Part shown: piece by piece, positions 19,124-29,002 of the stretch
Layout: each line of letters begins with the position of its first letter
Position numbering within the stretch: position 1 is the stretch's first letter
Assembly: GCA_965215505.1 (NCBI GenBank)
Contig: OZ244065.1
Location: forward strand, 5,824,001-5,888,000
DNA length: 64,000 nt
Source of the DNA: Capsulimonadaceae bacterium
GTDB taxonomy: Bacteria; Armatimonadota; Armatimonadia; Armatimonadales; Capsulimonadaceae
Reading direction: 5' to 3'
Notes under the pieces: generated by a model
What the model was told of the DNA's origin: nothing
Database searches by the model: none
What the model saw: the letters and a program-made list of their open reading frames with translations, nothing else
Translations under genes and position numbers: made by a program

Positions 19124-19528
19124 CTAGTTTTGAAACTTTGCGGTCCGCAGCAGCACCATGATGCAGGGGCCGCCGGAGACGACCTGGATGCCGCTCGCGT
19201 GGCAGGCCGCGACCGCCGCTTCCGACTCCGCGCCGGGCTGCATCCAGACCTTCGTGATGCCGAGCCGGGCGCACTCCGCCACGGCGGCCTCGGTCACGGG
19301 CGGCGGGACGACCATGACTGCGGCCTGGGGCGTCTGCGGCAGGTCTGAGAGGCTGGGCCAGCACGGGTCGCCGTCCACTTCGGTCGCCCTCGGGTTGACG
19401 GCCAACGCCGTCTTGCCGGCGGCTTTGAGCGAGCGGTAGACGAGGCAGCCGTACTTGTCCGGGTCGCGGGACGCGCCCACCACGGCGAACAAGTCCGCCG
19501 CCAGGATGGCCTGTATTTCGGGTGTCAT
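19124..19528 (-). CDS. CoA-binding protein (YccU-like)
   Basis: AVVGASRDPDKYG, VNP, VWMQPGAES, GPCIMV. Confidence 0.9.
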   Translation of the reverse strand: MTPEIQAILAADLFAVVGASRDPDKYGCLVYRSLKAAGKTALAVNPRATEVDGDPCWPSLSDLPQTPQAAVMVVPPPVTEAAVAECARLGITKVWMQPGAESEAAVAACHASGIQVVSGGPCIMVLLRTAKFQN

Positions 19529-19623
19529 GGGTTTGGTCGCTCGCCGGCGGAACTGAAAGTGCTGCCTTGATGGTATCCTTTTTGGGGGGATGTTGTCAAC
19601 CCCTCTTCTTTAGGAGTATCCCA

Positions 19624-20166
19624 ATGCATTCGCCTCGCCCCTTTGTTGCCCTTGCCGCGCTCTCGCTGGCCTGGGCCGTCCCCGCCGCCGCCCAGCAGAT
19701 GATGACCGCCCCGCCGCCCCCGCTGCCTGCGGGGACGCGCGCCCCGGCCTTCACGACCAAGACATTGGCGGGCAAGCCGCTTTCCCTGCGCGACCTGCGG
19801 GGGAAGGTGGTCCTGCTGGACTACTGGGCGACCTGGTGCGGGCCGTGCCGCATGGCGACCCCGACCCTGCGCGGCTTGCAGCAGAAGTTCCACGGCCGGG
19901 GCTTCAGCGTGGTCGGCATGAGCATGGACCAGGCCGACACGCTGGCCCAGGTGAAGCCGTTCGTCAAGGCCATGCACATCACCTACCCCGTCACCGTCGG
20001 CCTCGCCGCCAACAACCGCGCGCAGGCCGCTTATCACGCGGACGCGCTCCCCTCGCAGTATCTGATTGACAAGAAGGGCGTCGTCCGCTGGAGCCAGGCG
20101 GGTTACTCGGTGGACGAAGGCAAAGAGCTGGACGGGATGATCCAAAGGCTGCTGGCGGAGCGGTGA
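19624..20166 (+). CDS. TlpA-family thiol-disulfide oxidoreductase, secreted
   Basis: Signal peptide; LRGKVVLLDYWATWCGPC; AGGAG SD before ATG 19624. Confidence 0.9.
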   Translation: MHSPRPFVALAALSLAWAVPAAAQQMMTAPPPPLPAGTRAPAFTTKTLAGKPLSLRDLRGKVVLLDYWATWCGPCRMATPTLRGLQQKFHGRGFSVVGMSMDQADTLAQVKPFVKAMHITYPVTVGLAANNRAQAAYHADALPSQYLIDKKGVVRWSQAGYSVDEGKELDGMIQRLLAER

Positions 20167-20176
20167 GTGGGGGGCG

Positions 20177-20351
20177 TTTTCCACGGGGCTGAACCCCCGT
20201 GCTTTGATAGAGCAAGCCCCCGCCTTCGCGGGCGAGGATACGCAACAGCCAAGACCGGAGAAAGAGGGCGCGATGAATCGCGCCCCTACTCGGATGCCCG
20301 CGGAGGTGGGGAGTCGCAAGGCTAAAGCACGGGGGGGCAGCCCCGTGAAAA
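20177..20351. repeat. REPIN/MITE-like palindromic element with a nested GTAG REP
   Basis: Terminal IRs 20177-20205 / 20324-20351 (CACGGGGCTG..CCCCCGTGCTTT); inner IR 20217-20233 / 20296-20311; GTAG REP at 20265-20289 in the loop. Confidence 0.75.
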
Positions 20352-20357
20352 CAGAGA

Positions 20358-20396
20358 GGGCACCGGCATCACTGCCGATGCCCGCTGTTGTTTTAA
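20358..20396. terminator. intrinsic terminator between convergent genes
   Basis: GGGCACCGGC-ATCACT-GCCGATGCCC followed by GCTGTTGTTTT. Confidence 0.55.
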
Positions 20397-20408
20397 CCGT
20401 GAAGCCGG

Positions 20409-21491
20409 CTAGGGTGCGAAGTCCAGTACCACATAGGAGCCGGGCACGACGCCCCGGCGGCCACGGCGTGGCGGCGCTGCCCCGGCGGCGGGCGCGGCGG
20501 CGTCGGCGGGCGGCGCGGGCTGCTCCGTCGCCGTCATCAGATAGACGTGGTGCGTCTTCGGGTCCAGCGCCATCGTGCGCGCGCCGGCTTGGGTGGGGAC
20601 CGTCGCCACCACCTTGAACAGATTTGCCCCAGTCTCCTGGACCACGTTCAGCGTGCCGTCCTCGCCGTTGGGGCTGAAGGCAACGCCCAGGGACGGATCA
20701 AAGGCGCTGGCGTCGGGGCCGTTGCCGATGGGCAGCGTCGTGACGATCTTTCCCGTGTCGGCGTCCAGCACCGTCATCTTCTGGTTGCTGCACACCGAGA
20801 AGACGCGCCTGGTCTTCGGGTCCATCGAGATGCCCGAAGGGCCGTCGCCCGGCGCGATGGACCAGGAGTTCTCCACCTTGAGCGTCTTGGCGTTGATCGC
20901 CGCCACCTCGCTCTTGTCCTCGATGTTGTTGTAGATCATGCCCTTGCCGTCCGCGACGGCGTACTCGGGGCGGCCCGGCAGCGTGACCGTGCCCAGCACC
21001 TTGCCCGTCGCCCCGTCAATGGCGGTCGCGTCGTTGCTGCCGCCGTTGAAGGTGAAGACGCGCTCGGTGGCCGGCTCGAAGATGATGCAGTCCGGGTTGG
21101 TGCCGACGGGAACCTCGGCGACCTTGGCGAGCGTCTTGAGGTCGAAGATGGTGACGGTGTTCGCGCGGCCGTTGGAGGTGAACCCGTGCCCAGACTTGGG
21201 ATCAATGGCGATGCCGTGGACGCCGGACGTGTTCGGGACGTCGCCTACGACCGTTCCCGTGGTCAGGTCCACCACGTTGACGTGGTTGGAGCGGCTGACG
21301 TAGAGCCGCTTGGCCGCGCTGTCGAGCGAGAGGTAGTCCCAGCGTCCGTCCCCGGTCAGGGTGATCTTGCGGGCGAGGTGATAAGAAGGGGCGGCTGCCG
21401 GGGCGGCGAGCAGGGGGGCTGCCGCGCCCGCCAGGAGCGCGCCGCCGGCCAGCAGCGCCGCCGGTGGCGCGTGGTGGAAAAATGTTTTCAT
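20409..21491 (-). CDS. YncE/YVTN-like beta-propeller secreted protein
   Basis: Signal peptide; GRWDYL, GVHGIA, VGTNPD, IGNGPDA, GARTMALD repeats. Confidence 0.85.
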   Translation of the reverse strand: MKTFFHHAPPAALLAGGALLAGAAAPLLAAPAAAPSYHLARKITLTGDGRWDYLSLDSAAKRLYVSRSNHVNVVDLTTGTVVGDVPNTSGVHGIAIDPKSGHGFTSNGRANTVTIFDLKTLAKVAEVPVGTNPDCIIFEPATERVFTFNGGSNDATAIDGATGKVLGTVTLPGRPEYAVADGKGMIYNNIEDKSEVAAINAKTLKVENSWSIAPGDGPSGISMDPKTRRVFSVCSNQKMTVLDADTGKIVTTLPIGNGPDASAFDPSLGVAFSPNGEDGTLNVVQETGANLFKVVATVPTQAGARTMALDPKTHHVYLMTATEQPAPPADAAAPAAGAAPPRRGRRGVVPGSYVVLDFAP

Positions 21492-21599
21492 AAAGGGTGG
21501 GCCTTTCAAAAGCGTGTCATGACCGACACCGTGATTATGACAGGCCCAGATTAGAATGGCATGAAACCCGCGCCAGGCGGCGTGAGGGTCCGGCAGAGG

Positions 21600-21977
21600 T
21601 CAGCGGGTCGGGTCATCCAAATGCCGTGGCAGCTTCGTCAGGGCAAAGGCCGACGGGTCGGTGTCGCTCGCGACTCGGTTGTAAGCCTGGACTGCTTCCT
21701 GGGTGAGCCTCCAGCATTCCGGCGTGAAGGGCGGCCGGCCCTCGGCCAGACGGCGCTGGTAGAGGCGATACTCGGCCTGGAGGTACACCGTCATGGACTT
21801 GTTGCAGTTGGCCGGCTTCGGCTGGGGGCCGTCCCTGAAAACAACCTCTTGGGGGATGCGTGGCCCGCTCCGGTGGGACTGGAAGGCCATGCCCAGCAGA
21901 AGCATACCGAGCGCGACCGGCACGAACAGCGCCGAGAGGGTGGGGAGGCTCGGGCGCATGATGTTTCGAGGTGTCAT
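21600..21977 (-). CDS. hypothetical secreted/membrane protein
   Basis: N-terminal hydrophobic helix; coding-like composition. Confidence 0.5.
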   Translation of the reverse strand: MTPRNIMRPSLPTLSALFVPVALGMLLLGMAFQSHRSGPRIPQEVVFRDGPQPKPANCNKSMTVYLQAEYRLYQRRLAEGRPPFTPECWRLTQEAVQAYNRVASDTDPSAFALTKLPRHLDDPTR

Positions 21978-22064
21978 GCTTAGATTGACCCGCGATTGGC
22001 GAATTAGTTGCATTCCGACCGGGAGTGTACGCCGCCCTCGAGCCTCCTACCGCTAGTGCCGCCC

Positions 22065-22093
22065 TTGACAATCGGCCCCAAGTCTTGTATACT
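22065..22093 (+). promoter_or_regulatory. sigma70-type promoter of murA-mreB
   Basis: TTGACA-17 nt-TATACT with extended TG. Confidence 0.8.
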
Positions 22094-22200
22094 AGGACGA
22101 ACCCATCGTTACTGACTAGATATTGACCGGTGATCGCCCCCATAACCCCTGCCCGAAATGAATCACCGGCGACACGCGCCCCGAGCAGGAGGACCCGCAT

Positions 22201-23544
22201 TTGCAGAAGATAGAAACCGTCGGCGGACGACGCCTGGAGGGCGAAGTGTGCCTGAGCGGCAGCAAGAACGCCACCGTCGCCATCCTCGCCGCCGCCCTGC
22301 TGCCGGCAACCGGCCAGACTGTACTGAAGAACGTCCCCCGCATCAGCGATGTCCTGACACTGCTGGACATCTTGAAGTACCTCGGCGTCGGCGTTGACTT
22401 CACCGATAACGTCGTCACCCTCGACTCCACCGCCCTCGCAACCTCCGAAGCCCCCTACGAACTCATCCGCAAGATGCGCGCCTCGTTCCTCGTGCTGGGG
22501 CCGCTGCTGGCCCGCTTCGGCACGGCGCGCGTCGCCCTGCCCGGCGGCTGCGACATCGGCGCGCGCCCCGTGGACTACCACGTCAAGGGCCTGGAGCGGC
22601 TCGGCGCGCGGACGACGGTCGAACACGGGAACGTCGAGGCGGTCATCCCGCACGGCCTGCACGGGGCGGACATCTACCTGGACCGCAGCAGCGTCGGAGC
22701 GACCACGCACCTGATGACGGCCGCCGCCCTGGCGGAAGGGGTGACGACCATCTCCAACGCCGCCCAGGAGCCGGACGTCGTGGCGACCGCCGACCTCATC
22801 AACCTGATGGGCGGCCGGGTGCGCGGGGCGGGGACGAAAGAGATCACCATCGAGGGCGTGAAGTCGCTGCACGGCGCGGAATACACCATGCAGACCGACC
22901 GCATCGAGGCGGGGACTTTTGCCGTCGCCGCCGCCATCACGCGCGGCGACCTGTTCATTCGGGGCGCGGTGGAAGAACATGTCCAGCCGATCATGCGAAA
23001 ACTGGCCGAGGCGGGCGCGGCCGTAAACTACAACGACGACGGCGTGCGCGTCCGGGTGGCGGCGAACCAAGTCCTGAACGCCATCCGTATCACTTCCAGC
23101 CCGTACCCAGGTTTTCCGACCGACATGCAGCCGCAGTTCGCCGCCATGCTGACCATGGCGAAGGGGACCTCGACGATCACCGAGACGCTCTTCGAGCGGC
23201 GCTTCAAGTACATTGACGAACTGGCGCGCATGGGTGCCAACATCAAGACCGAGGCCAATGCGGCGATCATCGAGGGCGTCACGCGCCTGACGAGCGCCCC
23301 GGTCGCCGGGTCGGATTTGCGGGCGACGGCGGCCCTCGTCCTCGCCGGGCTGGCGACGGAGGGGCGGACGGAGATCACCGGCATCCAGTTCCTGGACCGC
23401 GGCTACGAGGGCTTTGAAGCGAAACTGCGGGCCGTGGGCGCGCAGATCGAGCGCACCGGTGACGTGAGCGGGGCCGTCGGCAAGGGCCACCCCGGCAACG
23501 GCACCGGGGCGGCCAAGCGGCTGGCGACGGGGGCGGCCTCCTGA
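22201..23544 (+). CDS. murA: UDP-N-acetylglucosamine 1-carboxyvinyltransferase
   Basis: SGSKNA, MRAS, LPGGCDIGARP (active Cys), DRIEAGT, PGFPTDMQ, DLRA, DRGYE; TTG start with AGGAGG SD. Confidence 0.97.
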   Translation: MQKIETVGGRRLEGEVCLSGSKNATVAILAAALLPATGQTVLKNVPRISDVLTLLDILKYLGVGVDFTDNVVTLDSTALATSEAPYELIRKMRASFLVLGPLLARFGTARVALPGGCDIGARPVDYHVKGLERLGARTTVEHGNVEAVIPHGLHGADIYLDRSSVGATTHLMTAAALAEGVTTISNAAQEPDVVATADLINLMGGRVRGAGTKEITIEGVKSLHGAEYTMQTDRIEAGTFAVAAAITRGDLFIRGAVEEHVQPIMRKLAEAGAAVNYNDDGVRVRVAANQVLNAIRITSSPYPGFPTDMQPQFAAMLTMAKGTSTITETLFERRFKYIDELARMGANIKTEANAAIIEGVTRLTSAPVAGSDLRATAALVLAGLATEGRTEITGIQFLDRGYEGFEAKLRAVGAQIERTGDVSGAVGKGHPGNGTGAAKRLATGAAS

Positions 23545-24554
23545 TGCGTTTCAGCCAGGACATCGGCATTGATCTGGGAACGGCCAACGTCCTGGTTTAT
23601 GTGCATGGTAAGGGAATCATCATGCGGGAGCCGTCCGTGGTGGCGATGGACGTCAACAGCCGGAAGGTCCGCGCGGTCGGCGAGAAGGCCCGCGAGATGC
23701 TGGGCCGCACCCCCGTCAACATCGTCGCCGTGCGCCCCATGACCGAGGGCGTCATCGCGGACTACACGACGACGCAAAGGATGCTGGAACACATCCTGCA
23801 CAAAGTCTGCGGCGTCAAGCGCCTCTTCAAGCCGCGCGTCCTGCTCGCCGTGCCCTCCGGCGTGACTTCGGTCGAGCAGCGGGCCGTCAAGCAGGCGGCT
23901 CTTGCGGCGGGCGCGGGCGAAGCCCTGACCATCGAGGAGCCGATGGCGGCGGCCATCGGGGCGGGCCTGCCGATCTCCTCGCCCGGCGGGAACATGGTGG
24001 TGGACATCGGCGGCGGGACTACCGACATCGCCGTGCTGTCGCTCGACGGCATCGTGCTGTCGCGCAGCCTGCGGATCGGCGGCATGAAGCTCGACGACGT
24101 CATCATCCGCCACATCCGCCAGGCCTACAACCTGCTGATCGGCGACCGGACGGCCGAGGAGATCAAGATCGCCATCGGCAGTGCGGTCGGGCAGCGTGAG
24201 GAGACGGCCATGGAGGTGCGCGGGCGCGATCTCCTCAGCGGCCTGCCCCAAACCGTCACCGTCACCTCAGAAGAGATCCGCGAGTGCATGGCCGAGCCGA
24301 TCAGCCAGATCGTCAGCCGGGTCAAGAACGTGCTGGAAAAGACGCCGCCCGAGCTGGCCTCGGACATCATCGAGCGCGGCATCGTCCTGACCGGCGGGAC
24401 CGCCCTGCTGCGCGGCCTGGACATCCTGATCGCCCAGACCGCGAACGTCCCCACCCGCGTCGCCGACGACCCCCTCTCCTGCGTCGCCCTGGGCACCGGC
24501 ATGGCTTTAGAGCAGCGGCGCGGCATCACCGAAGACCTGCTGGCGGCCGCCTGA
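23544..24554 (+). CDS. mreB: rod shape-determining protein MreB/Mbl
   Basis: IGIDLGTAN, EPMAAAIGAG, DIGGGTT, AEEIK, LTGGTALL; coupled to the murA stop. Confidence 0.95.
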   Translation: MRFSQDIGIDLGTANVLVYVHGKGIIMREPSVVAMDVNSRKVRAVGEKAREMLGRTPVNIVAVRPMTEGVIADYTTTQRMLEHILHKVCGVKRLFKPRVLLAVPSGVTSVEQRAVKQAALAAGAGEALTIEEPMAAAIGAGLPISSPGGNMVVDIGGGTTDIAVLSLDGIVLSRSLRIGGMKLDDVIIRHIRQAYNLLIGDRTAEEIKIAIGSAVGQREETAMEVRGRDLLSGLPQTVTVTSEEIRECMAEPISQIVSRVKNVLEKTPPELASDIIERGIVLTGGTALLRGLDILIAQTANVPTRVADDPLSCVALGTGMALEQRRGITEDLLAAA

Positions 24555-24564
24555 CGTCCCGCTG

Positions 24565-24596
24565 AAAAAGGGCGAACCTTGTGTTCGCCCTTTCTT
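24565..24596. terminator. bidirectional intrinsic terminator
   Basis: AAAAAGGGCGAAC-CTTGT-GTTCGCCCTTTCTT between convergent genes. Confidence 0.85.
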
Positions 24597-24627
24597 CATG
24601 TCTGCCCCTCTTTTATCGCCGTGGCTC

Positions 24628-26598
24628 TCACACCCCCGCCGTCTTGTCACCCGCCGCCTTCTCCGCCAGGTGCAGGACGATGGGCTGCTTGCGGAGGGTG
24701 ACGATCTTCTCGTGCTGGGCCTTGGCGGCGGCATAGTCGGCGGGCGCGATTAGGCCGGGGTGGGACGTGACCGTCAGCTTGACGGTCAACGTGTTGCCGA
24801 CCAATGTGACCGTCTCGTCGAAGGAGCCGAGGGCGGTCTTCTCGTGGATCTCGTCGGGCTTGTCTTCCAGGGTGTAGCCCGCCGGCAGGGTGATGATCTG
24901 GTCATCCTCGGCCTGGTCGGTGGCAGCCTGGTAGATCGGGAAGGTCCGGTCCGCCCGGTCGTAAGGGGCGCTTGTCATGTCCTGGCCGTTCAGGATGAGC
25001 AGGTGGCCGGTCTTGACCGCCCACAAGGGGGCATGGAACTTCAGGTCGAAGACGACCGGCTTATCGCGGTCCCCGGTGGGGCTGAGGGAATAGTCGGAGA
25101 GGGTGGCGTTGGGGCTGAAGTGGCTGACCATGTTCTGGAAGCCCGGCTTCACCTGCGCGTCCTGGAGGCCCCGGAAGGAGACCCGCGCGCCCAGGCCGCT
25201 GTCGCCGTCCAGGTGGATCGTCGTCCGGCAGTCCGCGCTGCCGTCGGCGTGCAGGTCCACGTTCGTGATGGTCGTCTGCCGGTTGTCTCCGGGCCCTCCG
25301 GTCGGGATCGTCTCGAACGTGCCCGTGCCGTCGCGGACCACGAAGGCGTCCACGCCCCGGTCGCCGCCGGGGATCTGGCCGAAGGGGCACATCTCCGCCG
25401 TCGAGTCGAACCAGTACGGCTTGCCGTCGATGTCGGCGCGCACGATGGCGTGGTTGAAGAAGTAGGGGGCGGCCAGCTTGTCATGCACCGGCTGGATGTT
25501 GCCCGCGCCCAGCAGGACCGGCCAGGCGGTCTTGATGCCCGCCTCGTGCAGCATGGTGACCAGCAGAGTCGCCATGTCCTTGCAGTCGCCGTACCGGTTG
25601 CGGCAGACTTCGCCGGCGGGGTGGGGCTGGAAGGCGGACAGGCCGAGTTCCAGGGCAACGTACCGGGTGCGGCCCTCGACCCAGTAGTAGATGGCCTTGG
25701 CCTTCTCGGTGTCGGTCGTCTTTCCCGCCGTCAAGGTCTTCACCGTGTCCCTGATCTCGGGCGAGACGGCCATCTGGCCCGCCGCCAGCCCCTGATACCA
25801 GTGCGAAATGCTCTGCCAGGAGGGGATCGTTGACATCTCCACGGTGGGCAGGAAGGTGGAGGCGGGCGGCATCATCGGCTCGGGCACGATGGGGGCCAGG
25901 TTCTCCATCTTCCAGACGTAGGTCTTGCGCGCGCCGTCCGCCGACGGGGTTTCGGTCGCGACCATGCCGGACGTGTTGTGCGGCAAAGTCTGGATCTTCA
26001 TGGAGGCGGGCGCGCTCAGGGTCATCTTGCTGAGGACGACCGGGTCCACGCCGTCGCGGAAGGTCCACTGCTCGCTGTACTGGCCGGGCAGGAAGGCCCG
26101 CGTCGTCGTCCGGGTGTAGACGTAGTCAATGATGACGCCGTCCTCGACGCCGGGCATGGAGACGCCGATGTCCTTGGCGTCGTCGTACATGGCGAATTCG
26201 GAAAACGGTGCGGTCTGGTGGATGTCCCCGCCGCTTGCCGTTAGGACCGTGCCGTCCGGCTTGATGGTGCGGGCGTGAAGATTGGTAATCTTCTCGTTCG
26301 AGGCGTTGAACGGGATGGACAGCTCGGCCTTCTCGTGGCCACGCTGGTTGAAGATTTTGAACGTCTCGTGCGTCACGTCCGTGCTGGTGCCGTCGGCGTT
26401 CAGCTTGGCGACGCTCTCGTCGCGCAGCGTGATGGCCGAGGCGTCCGGGAAAGCGGCCGCCGCCGGCGCGGACTTGACGAGCGCGGCGGCGGACACGTCG
26501 AAGGCCGGCGCGGGCGCGGGCAGGGCGGCCGGCGCGGCGTGGGCCGCGAGCAGACCGGCGACCGAGAGCGAAAACGCGAGAACAGGCCGATTAGGCAT
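24628..26598 (-). CDS. DUF3857 + transglutaminase-like secreted protein
   Basis: Signal peptide; RYVALELG..GDCKD, FNHAI, WFDST (Cys-His-Asp triad). Confidence 0.88.
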   Translation of the reverse strand: MPNRPVLAFSLSVAGLLAAHAAPAALPAPAPAFDVSAAALVKSAPAAAAFPDASAITLRDESVAKLNADGTSTDVTHETFKIFNQRGHEKAELSIPFNASNEKITNLHARTIKPDGTVLTASGGDIHQTAPFSEFAMYDDAKDIGVSMPGVEDGVIIDYVYTRTTTRAFLPGQYSEQWTFRDGVDPVVLSKMTLSAPASMKIQTLPHNTSGMVATETPSADGARKTYVWKMENLAPIVPEPMMPPASTFLPTVEMSTIPSWQSISHWYQGLAAGQMAVSPEIRDTVKTLTAGKTTDTEKAKAIYYWVEGRTRYVALELGLSAFQPHPAGEVCRNRYGDCKDMATLLVTMLHEAGIKTAWPVLLGAGNIQPVHDKLAAPYFFNHAIVRADIDGKPYWFDSTAEMCPFGQIPGGDRGVDAFVVRDGTGTFETIPTGGPGDNRQTTITNVDLHADGSADCRTTIHLDGDSGLGARVSFRGLQDAQVKPGFQNMVSHFSPNATLSDYSLSPTGDRDKPVVFDLKFHAPLWAVKTGHLLILNGQDMTSAPYDRADRTFPIYQAATDQAEDDQIITLPAGYTLEDKPDEIHEKTALGSFDETVTLVGNTLTVKLTVTSHPGLIAPADYAAAKAQHEKIVTLRKQPIVLHLAEKAAGDKTAGV

Positions 26599-26688
26599 GG
26601 GAAGTCCTTTCGAGAAAAACCGCAGGGCTGCCTTGATATACGGTAGAATCCATGACGGTGTTACCAGGCCACGGCGACAGGTGCCCGG

Positions 26689-27264
26689 TCATAGACCGGG
26701 TGAAGGACGCTTGAGGCGCGTGAATAGTTCAATGAGCGTCGAGATGCTGGTTATGGCCACCAGGAGGATGAGGCCGAGCATGAGGGTAAGCATTCCCAGC
26801 GGGAGGACGTAATCAACGATCAGTCCACTCAGGACCCCCTGACTGCTGAGGACCTGGCGGCGGCAAAGGATTCTGTACAGGTAGGCCCCCGCCGTTATGA
26901 GAGTGACGAGCAAAAAGCCCATGCCGATGTAAAGGGTGCTTGAGTCGATCCCCCCCGTGTGGTGCATCCGCCGAAATGCCTCCCCCTTGCGGAGCCAGAC
27001 GATGCCACCGAGCGAGTTCAGCCCCGAACACACCAGCCCGATCAAAAACATCTTCGATAGGAGCTGCTGATGCGTCATGCAGAAATGCAGCCATACTGGT
27101 TGTGGGGCGGACGGCGATGTCGCTCTTACTGACGACATGATGGGGAACGAAAGGAGGAGAAAGATGATGAACGTGGCGGCCGGGACGATCAACAGCACCA
27201 AAGGGACCCACGCGCTCTTTGACCGTGGCCTGGGACTGCTTTGAGTCTGCCGTAGCTCCCGCAT
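26689..27264 (-). CDS. hypothetical membrane protein (about 4 TM)
   Basis: ATG 27264 with GGGGAG SD; four hydrophobic segments. Confidence 0.6.
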   Translation of the reverse strand: MRELRQTQSSPRPRSKSAWVPLVLLIVPAATFIIFLLLSFPIMSSVRATSPSAPQPVWLHFCMTHQQLLSKMFLIGLVCSGLNSLGGIVWLRKGEAFRRMHHTGGIDSSTLYIGMGFLLVTLITAGAYLYRILCRRQVLSSQGVLSGLIVDYVLPLGMLTLMLGLILLVAITSISTLIELFTRLKRPSPGL

Positions 27265-27280
27265 GATCTGCTTCTCCCCG

Positions 27281-27636
27281 CTAATCAGGCCGGCGCGGCG
27301 ACGGTGGCCATACGCCCTGCTGCTCTTCATCCGTTCCGAAGCCGAGCGCCTCGGCAGACTTGATCTCCCGCTTGTAGCGGCTGTAGCGGCCATACCTCCA
27401 CACGAGGGCGAGACAGGAAGCCGCCAGGGCTGCAAACGGCTCCAGCCGCGTCACGTTCCAGACATTCCAGCCGGAAGCGTGGAAGTCGTCGGCACAAATG
27501 ATGGCAAACGCACACCCCGCAGCGCTAAAACTGATGGTGAATAGGATCAACGATCCGAGATCGCCGTCCCTCGGAGACAGTCGCCGTATTTTTTCCCTTC
27601 AACGATCAGGGGCCTGTTATCATGTCGCCTTGCCAT
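27281..27636 (-). pseudogene. small 2-TM membrane protein, apparently frameshifted at GGGAAAAAA
   Basis: MARRHDNRPLIVEGKK joins IRRLSPRDGDLGSLILFTISF.. only after a -1 shift in the A6 run near 27589-27594. Confidence 0.35.
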
Positions 27637-27648
27637 AGTCAGGTCCCA

Positions 27649-27843
27649 TTAGCCCTTTGGCGGAGGTTTCACGACGGAGCGCAAGGACTAGAGGACCAGC
27701 CCGGTCCAGCCGACAGCCATGACGTACTCGTACCATCCTGGTGCGCTCTTGCCGCGCAGGTGCATCCCGAGAGCATCCGCGATGCTGATCAAGGCCACAA
27801 TGGTGACGGCGATGGACGACAGCAGTTGTTCACGCGGCTTCAT
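27649..27843 (-). pseudogene. small 2-TM protein with a TAG at 27690-27688
   Basis: MKPREQLLSSIAVTIVALISIADALG..YVMAVGWTGLVL*SLRSVVKPPPKG*. Confidence 0.35.
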
Positions 27844-27931
27844 GCATCAACCCCCCTGTCCGCCGCAGGCGACCCATGGACGCGCAGGCACGGCGCGTAC
27901 CGCCATCGGTGGTCTCACGCCCGGTGCCTCA

Positions 27932-28873
27932 TCACCCGGCCCGCGTGATGTTGTCTATTTTCCACCCTTGCGCCGTCTTTACCCAATGCTGCACCCAGTA
28001 GTAGCTGACACTCATGTCGGCGTCTTTCCCGGCCCCTTTGAACCTCTCCTCGACCAATGCCGCTGCCGTGGTCGGCTTGACGAAGAACTTGTTGACCGTG
28101 AGGAAATAGCCGGGGAACTCCTTCATTATCTCGTGAATCTGACCGGCGAGTTTCAGGGAGGCTTGATGGCTCAAGACTTCGCCGTCATCGGTGCAAGTGA
28201 AGCCTGGCGTCAGAAGTGACCGGAAAGCCGCCTCGTCGTGGTGTTTCAGGGCGTCGAGGTAGGGGTCATACAGGTCCCGCACCGGGCCGGAGGCCGGGGG
28301 AGTGCCGAGGTCCGTGCCCATCACGGTCGTGTTGAGCGTCAGGGGAGTGTCCGACGACGAGCCGAAGGAGTGCGTCATGATAGGGGTAGGGCCTTTGATT
28401 TCCGGCGGCCTCTGATCGCTCGCCACCAACCTCCACCCCTGCGGCGTTTTTCGCCAAGTCTGCGTCCAGTATCGCGTTGTCACGACCGTCGTTTCAGGGT
28501 CGAGCTTCCGGCCCGCCGTTTCTACCGTCAGGGCGACCGCCGTATTCCTTGTGAGCGTCACCTTCGGGATGTTCACATAGAAAACGCCGTCCTGCAAGCC
28601 CTTCAAAGGCTGTTCCAGTGCCGCAAACGCCTCTTGGCCCTTGTAGTTTTTGCCGTCAAGGCTCAGTATGAAATCCGGCGAGGTGATCTTCTGAAGCCCG
28701 GCTACGCCATGCTCCTTGACTCCCTGTTCATAAACGTAGTATGCGGACGCGACGAATCTGCGGACTGCGGGGCGGCCGTTGTTGCCCAAAGAAAGTAATG
28801 CGGCTGTGGCAGGCAGGGTACTCCCTGACAGGATGAGCCAGAGCATCAGGGTAATTGAGGATTTCGCTTGCAT
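27932..28873 (-). CDS. secreted protein with two NTF2/SnoaL-like (DUF4440) domains
   Basis: Signal peptide; two repeats ending WRKTPQGWRL and WVKTAQGWKI. Confidence 0.75.
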   Translation of the reverse strand: MQAKSSITLMLWLILSGSTLPATAALLSLGNNGRPAVRRFVASAYYVYEQGVKEHGVAGLQKITSPDFILSLDGKNYKGQEAFAALEQPLKGLQDGVFYVNIPKVTLTRNTAVALTVETAGRKLDPETTVVTTRYWTQTWRKTPQGWRLVASDQRPPEIKGPTPIMTHSFGSSSDTPLTLNTTVMGTDLGTPPASGPVRDLYDPYLDALKHHDEAAFRSLLTPGFTCTDDGEVLSHQASLKLAGQIHEIMKEFPGYFLTVNKFFVKPTTAAALVEERFKGAGKDADMSVSYYWVQHWVKTAQGWKIDNITRAG

Positions 28874-29002
28874 CTGTCTTCCTTACTGCCGAGCGTCAAC
28901 TTTCGGGGAGGAGAGGGACCCACGGAGGGGTGCCGGTCTTGACGGAGTAACATGAAAGCGCGGGTGACGACCAAGGAACCGGTCATCACCCGCCGCGAGC
29001 CT

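Noticed and set aside
20164-20166. Further selenoproteins at other TGA stops (TlpA, murA, BON, PilZ)
   Set aside because: The proteins are complete at the TGA, there is no Cys-motif context, and no in-frame continuation with a SECIS was noticed.
27688-27690. Pyrrolysine/amber recoding of the small membrane ORF
   Set aside because: No pyl genes in the window and TAG is used as a normal stop elsewhere. A nonsense mutation or a true stop is simpler.
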